From IMG/VR virus record IMGVR_UViG_2698536618_000012, positions 1 through 8,626 of that record: a stretch of DNA of 8,626 bases; one strand, given 5' to 3'. Below the pieces are notes generated by a model. It was not told the DNA's origin and did not search any database. It was given only the letters and a program-made list of their open reading frames with translations. Position 1 is the stretch's first letter. Each line of letters starts with the position of its first letter. The DNA is from a virus (lineage: Duplodnaviria > Heunggongvirae > Uroviricota > Caudoviricetes). Below, in pieces: positions 6,481-8,626 of this stretch. The position numbers were made by a program, and so were the translations under genes.

Positions 6481-6741
6481 ATGATTGAGGTTCGATGGAC
6501 AAGGACAGCCCTGAAGCAGTTACTTCGTGTGGATACGCGGTATCGGCAGGCGATAAAGGATAAGGTCGGTGCGCTAAAGGATTTTCCTCTGGTAGCCATG
6601 GATTTTAAAAAGCTATCAGGGAGTGACAATCGATTCCGTTTGAGGGTCGGCGTGTACAGGGTTATTTTTGATGTTGAGGATGGTGATCCTGTTGTCCTGG
6701 ATATTAAGGAAATTAAGCGCAGAAGCACAACCACATACTAA
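6481..6741 (+). CDS. type II toxin, RelE/ParE superfamily (toxin-first, HigB-like gene order)
   Basis: ATG 6481 with strong SD GAGGGGGG 5 nt upstream. The 86-aa product has the RelE/ParE pattern (..RFRLRVGVYRVIFDVEDGDPVVLDIKEIKRR...Y). The track ORF start at 6421 is probably an over-extension. Confidence 0.8.
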   Translation: MIEVRWTRTALKQLLRVDTRYRQAIKDKVGALKDFPLVAMDFKKLSGSDNRFRLRVGVYRVIFDVEDGDPVVLDIKEIKRRSTTTY

Positions 6742-6801
6742 GGGAGGCTGGCGGGAGACCGCCAGTTTGCTGAACGACATTCAATCGCGAAAGGCAATGA
6801 T

Positions 6802-7176
6802 ATGAAAAACAGTGTCCAGTTTATTACTGATAATGCCGGTGTTAGAACCGGGGTCATTATGTCAGTTGCTGAATATGAACGGCTGTTAAGTCTGGCAGAT
6901 CCTGATGATGATTTTGAAAGCATCCAGTATGAAGCCGGAGAGCATGACAATGAAACAATACCTCATGAAGTAGTATCCATCATGATTGATGATGATGTGT
7001 CATTGTTGGCAGCATGGCGGATTTACAGGCGAATGACTCAACAGGAAGTGGCGGAGCGCCTGGGGGTTAAACAGTCAGCCGTATCTCAGTTTGAGAGAGC
7101 AGGAGCTCCGCGAAAATCAACACTGGAAAAACTGGCTGAGATTTACAACTGCCGACCAAATCAGTTGGCTGATTAA
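6802..7176 (+). CDS. antitoxin with N-terminal Phd/YefM-like segment and C-terminal XRE-type HTH (124 aa)
   Basis: AAGG 7 nt upstream of ATG. N-terminus NAGVRTGVIMSVAEYERLLSL resembles the YefM/Phd motif; C-terminus LLAAWRIYRRMTQQEVAERLGVKQSAVSQFERAG...LEKLAEIY is a classic HTH_XRE. Lies directly downstream of the toxin. Confidence 0.8.
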   Translation: MKNSVQFITDNAGVRTGVIMSVAEYERLLSLADPDDDFESIQYEAGEHDNETIPHEVVSIMIDDDVSLLAAWRIYRRMTQQEVAERLGVKQSAVSQFERAGAPRKSTLEKLAEIYNCRPNQLAD

Positions 7177-7321
7177 TCCTGAGTTTGGTTTTCGTAGCGA
7201 TTGCATTTTTCTTATCTGCTTGCCGTTGTAGGTAGCGTGTATTTGCATGTTGTTTTGTAGTTAACCTTATGGTTGGCTGAATTTTGTTCATCAATAAAAA
7301 ATATCCCTCTCTGATCTTTAA

Positions 7322-7346
7322 GGTTCGCTTTGGCGGACCTTTTTTT
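7322..7346 (+). terminator. intrinsic terminator downstream of the toxin-antitoxin pair
   Basis: GGTTCGC-tttg-GCGGACC: 7-bp stem including one G-U pair, followed by TTTTTTT. Confidence 0.7.
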
Positions 7347-7482
7347 ATTTCCGCGCCACGCCCGGCGTACATCAAAAACCACAGAGCCTTTCAGGGGTGA
7401 GCTTACGGGATGGTCAGTGTGACTTTCTCTGTGGGCTGGTCACCCCCGGGCGCAGGCTCACCCACTAAAAGGAAAAGTCACG

Positions 7483-7914
7483 ATGTTTGGTATTTTCAAA
7501 AAGAAAACCCGCAGAGCAGCAACTGAAATTAAAAAGTTTGAGAAACGCGATCTGGCACAGGCGGTTATTAATGCTGCCTACCTGGTGGCCTATGCAGATG
7601 GTGAATGTGAGACTTCAGAGAAAGTGAAGATCGAACAGGTATTACGTAACCAGCCAGCATTGTCCGCATTTACGTCAGAAATTAATGCCATCAGTGCCAC
7701 GATCACAGGTCAGCTTGACACCAATTTTAAAATTGGTCGTCGTGCAGCGTTGCGTGAAATTGAAGATGTGAAACACGATACGCGTGAAGCGGAAGATGTG
7801 CTGGATGTGGCGGTGGCCATTGCTGAAGCAGATGGTGAAATTGAGCCGGAAGAGCGTAAGGTTCTGGAAGAGATTGCTGGTGTTCTTGGCCTGCGACTGG
7901 AGAACCACCTGTGA
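7483..7914 (+). CDS. TerB-domain protein (tellurite-resistance TerB-like, 143 aa)
   Basis: SD AAGGA 8 nt upstream. Two copies of the TerB-type helical motif (hydrophobic-x-A-x-A-D-G-x-acidic...E-K/R): AAYLVAYADGECETSEKVKIEQVL and DVAVAIAEADGEIEPEERKVLEEIAGVLGL. Confidence 0.7.
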   Translation: MFGIFKKKTRRAATEIKKFEKRDLAQAVINAAYLVAYADGECETSEKVKIEQVLRNQPALSAFTSEINAISATITGQLDTNFKIGRRAALREIEDVKHDTREAEDVLDVAVAIAEADGEIEPEERKVLEEIAGVLGLRLENHL

Positions 7915-8078
7915 CGGTAAAACTGCGTCTGGCCGCTGTGGCACTCCTGCTGTTTCTGGTGGTGATGGTGGATTTCACCAGCAGGATCATGTCGGTGCTG
8001 GCGGATGGAGTGCTGGTCTGCGGCATTGTGGTATTGCTGTGGCCGGTGATAAAAAGAAACAGCCTGCATAATGCTTGA
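7911..8078 (+). CDS. small two-helix membrane peptide (55 aa), translationally coupled to the TerB-like gene
   Basis: GTG 7911 overlaps the TerB stop (GTGA); GGAGAA sits 6 nt upstream. Own translation VTVKLRLAAVALLLFLVVMVDFTSRIMSVLADGVLVCGIVVLLWPVIKRNSLHNA shows two hydrophobic stretches. Not in the track (under 60 aa); an alternative start at ATG 7965 would give 37 aa. Confidence 0.45.
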   Translation: MTVKLRLAAVALLLFLVVMVDFTSRIMSVLADGVLVCGIVVLLWPVIKRNSLHNA

Positions 8079-8243
8079 TTTTTTTGTTTGCTGTTTATTA
8101 AAAACACTTCTGCATGGTGAATCCCCCTGTGCGGTGGGGCAATCAGCAAGAAGGAATATGGGGTAATCGCGGATTCAGGTGCTGATACTGAATTCACCGG
8201 GAGGCACCCGGCACCATGCAAGAAAAAGAATGTGCATGCAAAC

Positions 8244-8271
8244 ATGCCCCTCTCCGGAGGGGCATTTTTTA
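8244..8271 (+). terminator. strong intrinsic terminator (9-bp stem ATGCCCCTC-tccg-GAGGGGCAT followed by TTTTTT)
   Basis: Read directly from the sequence. An adjacent hairpin GCCCGAA-tggg-TTCGGGC (8284-8301), preceded by AAAAAA, would act as a terminator for the opposite strand, so the pair may be bidirectional. Confidence 0.7.
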
Positions 8272-8363
8272 TGGGTAAAAAATGCCCGAATGGGTTCGGG
8301 CAATAGCATGAGATACTGATATTGTTGTGTTGTTATCGTGTGGATTTTAACCAGGGTTTATCA

Positions 8364-8389
8364 GGCTGCGCAACTGCGTGGCCTTTTTT
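8364..8389 (+). terminator. candidate intrinsic terminator (8-bp stem with two G-U pairs, loop AACT, followed by TTTTTT)
   Basis: GGCTGCGC-aact-GCGTGGCC followed by TTTTTTC; a second terminator only about 95 nt after the previous one. Confidence 0.5.
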
Positions 8390-8396
8390 CATTTCT

Positions 8397-8443
8397 TGGG
8401 CTGTAGTCCCCGTGTGTCATTCAGGCTTCCGGACTACAGCCCA
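8397..8443. repeat. 13-bp perfect inverted repeat with 21-nt spacer (TGGGCTGTAGTCC ... GGACTACAGCCCA)
   Basis: Read directly from the sequence; lies about 45 nt upstream of the ATG at 8486. Confidence 0.7.
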
Positions 8444-8485
8444 CTCCATATCTGATTTAATACACTATCCCGGCCGGGAGGAATA

Positions 8486-8626
8486 ATGACATTTAAACAT
8501 TATGATGTTGTCAGGGCGGCGTCGCCGTCAGACCTTGCGGAAAAGCTGACACACAAACTGAAAGAGGGCTGGCAGCCGTTTGGTAGTCCGGTGGCCATAA
8601 CCCCTTATACCCTGATGCAGGCGATT
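8486..8626 (+). CDS. 5' part of a hypothetical phage protein (continues beyond the window)
   Basis: ATG 8486 with SD GGGAGG 4 nt upstream; open to the window end. Translation MTFKHYDVVRAASPSDLAEKLTHKLKEGWQPFGSPVAITPYTLMQAI. May be a DUF1737-type small protein found near lysis cassettes, but this is unverified. Confidence 0.6.
   Translation, partial: MTFKHYDVVRAASPSDLAEKLTHKLKEGWQPFGSPVAITPYTLMQAI

Noticed and set aside
6450-6950. Minus-strand ORFs 6450..6734 and 6738..6950
   Set aside because: Antisense to the toxin and antitoxin genes; Ser/Thr/Arg-rich low-complexity products.
7067-7375. Minus-strand ORF 7067..7375 (102 aa)
   Set aside because: Overlaps the 3' end of the antitoxin gene and runs through the terminator and AT-rich spacer; no RBS; the product is not protein-like.
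8158-8166. Minimal ORF ATG-GGG-TAA preceded by AAGGA
   Set aside because: Only two codons and embedded in the predicted structured RNA region; most likely coincidental.
7675-8245. Minus-strand ORFs 7675..7944, 7710..8069 and 7727..8245, and + ORF 7784..8071
   Set aside because: Antisense to, or out of frame with, the TerB-like gene and the coupled membrane-peptide ORF; His/Gln/Ser-rich low-complexity products.
8100-8460. Possible tRNA genes (Stx phages carry tRNAs downstream of Q)
   Set aside because: No cloverleaf could be built by eye: no GTTCRANYC T-loop with a 5-bp stem and no D-arm consensus. The hairpins fit terminators or a structured RNA better. A tRNAscan-SE run would settle it.
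1-8626. CRISPR arrays, insertion sequences, integrase or attachment sites
   Set aside because: No regularly spaced direct repeats, no transposase- or integrase-like ORFs and no long terminal inverted repeats were seen; the repeats present are short and best read as regulatory or RNA-structural.

Overview
The window reads as a segment of a lambdoid (Qin-like) enterobacterial prophage, with every supportable gene on the + strand. From left to right: (1) a nin-type early-right region of small, translationally coupled ORFs; (2) a Hok-family toxin locus with the expected hok-mRNA architecture (5'/3' long-range complementarity, 3' hairpin, intrinsic terminator); (3) an 83-aa Rem-like ORF, a Cys/His-rich 92-aa ORF, a 349-aa DUF968/YdfU-like protein with HNH-like motifs, the Holliday-junction resolvase RusA and a Q-like putative late antiterminator followed by a strong intrinsic terminator; (4) a terminator-punctuated accessory (moron) island between the Q-like gene and the next phage gene, carrying a small winged-helix protein, an orphan beta-class DNA (probably N6-adenine) methyltransferase, a toxin-first RelE/ParE-type toxin-antitoxin pair with a composite antitoxin, and a TerB-domain protein coupled to a tiny membrane peptide; (5) about 400 nt of highly structured non-coding DNA and the start of another phage ORF. 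The most likely undescribed system is the TerB-like plus membrane-peptide pair, with the methyltransferase/wHTH/TA cargo in the Q-to-lysis interval as a whole a close second. All calls rest on reading the translations and sequence by eye and on recalled family signatures; no database search or folding computation was run, and gene symbols (hokD, rem, ydfU, rusA) are from recollection of E. coli K-12 prophage genes.
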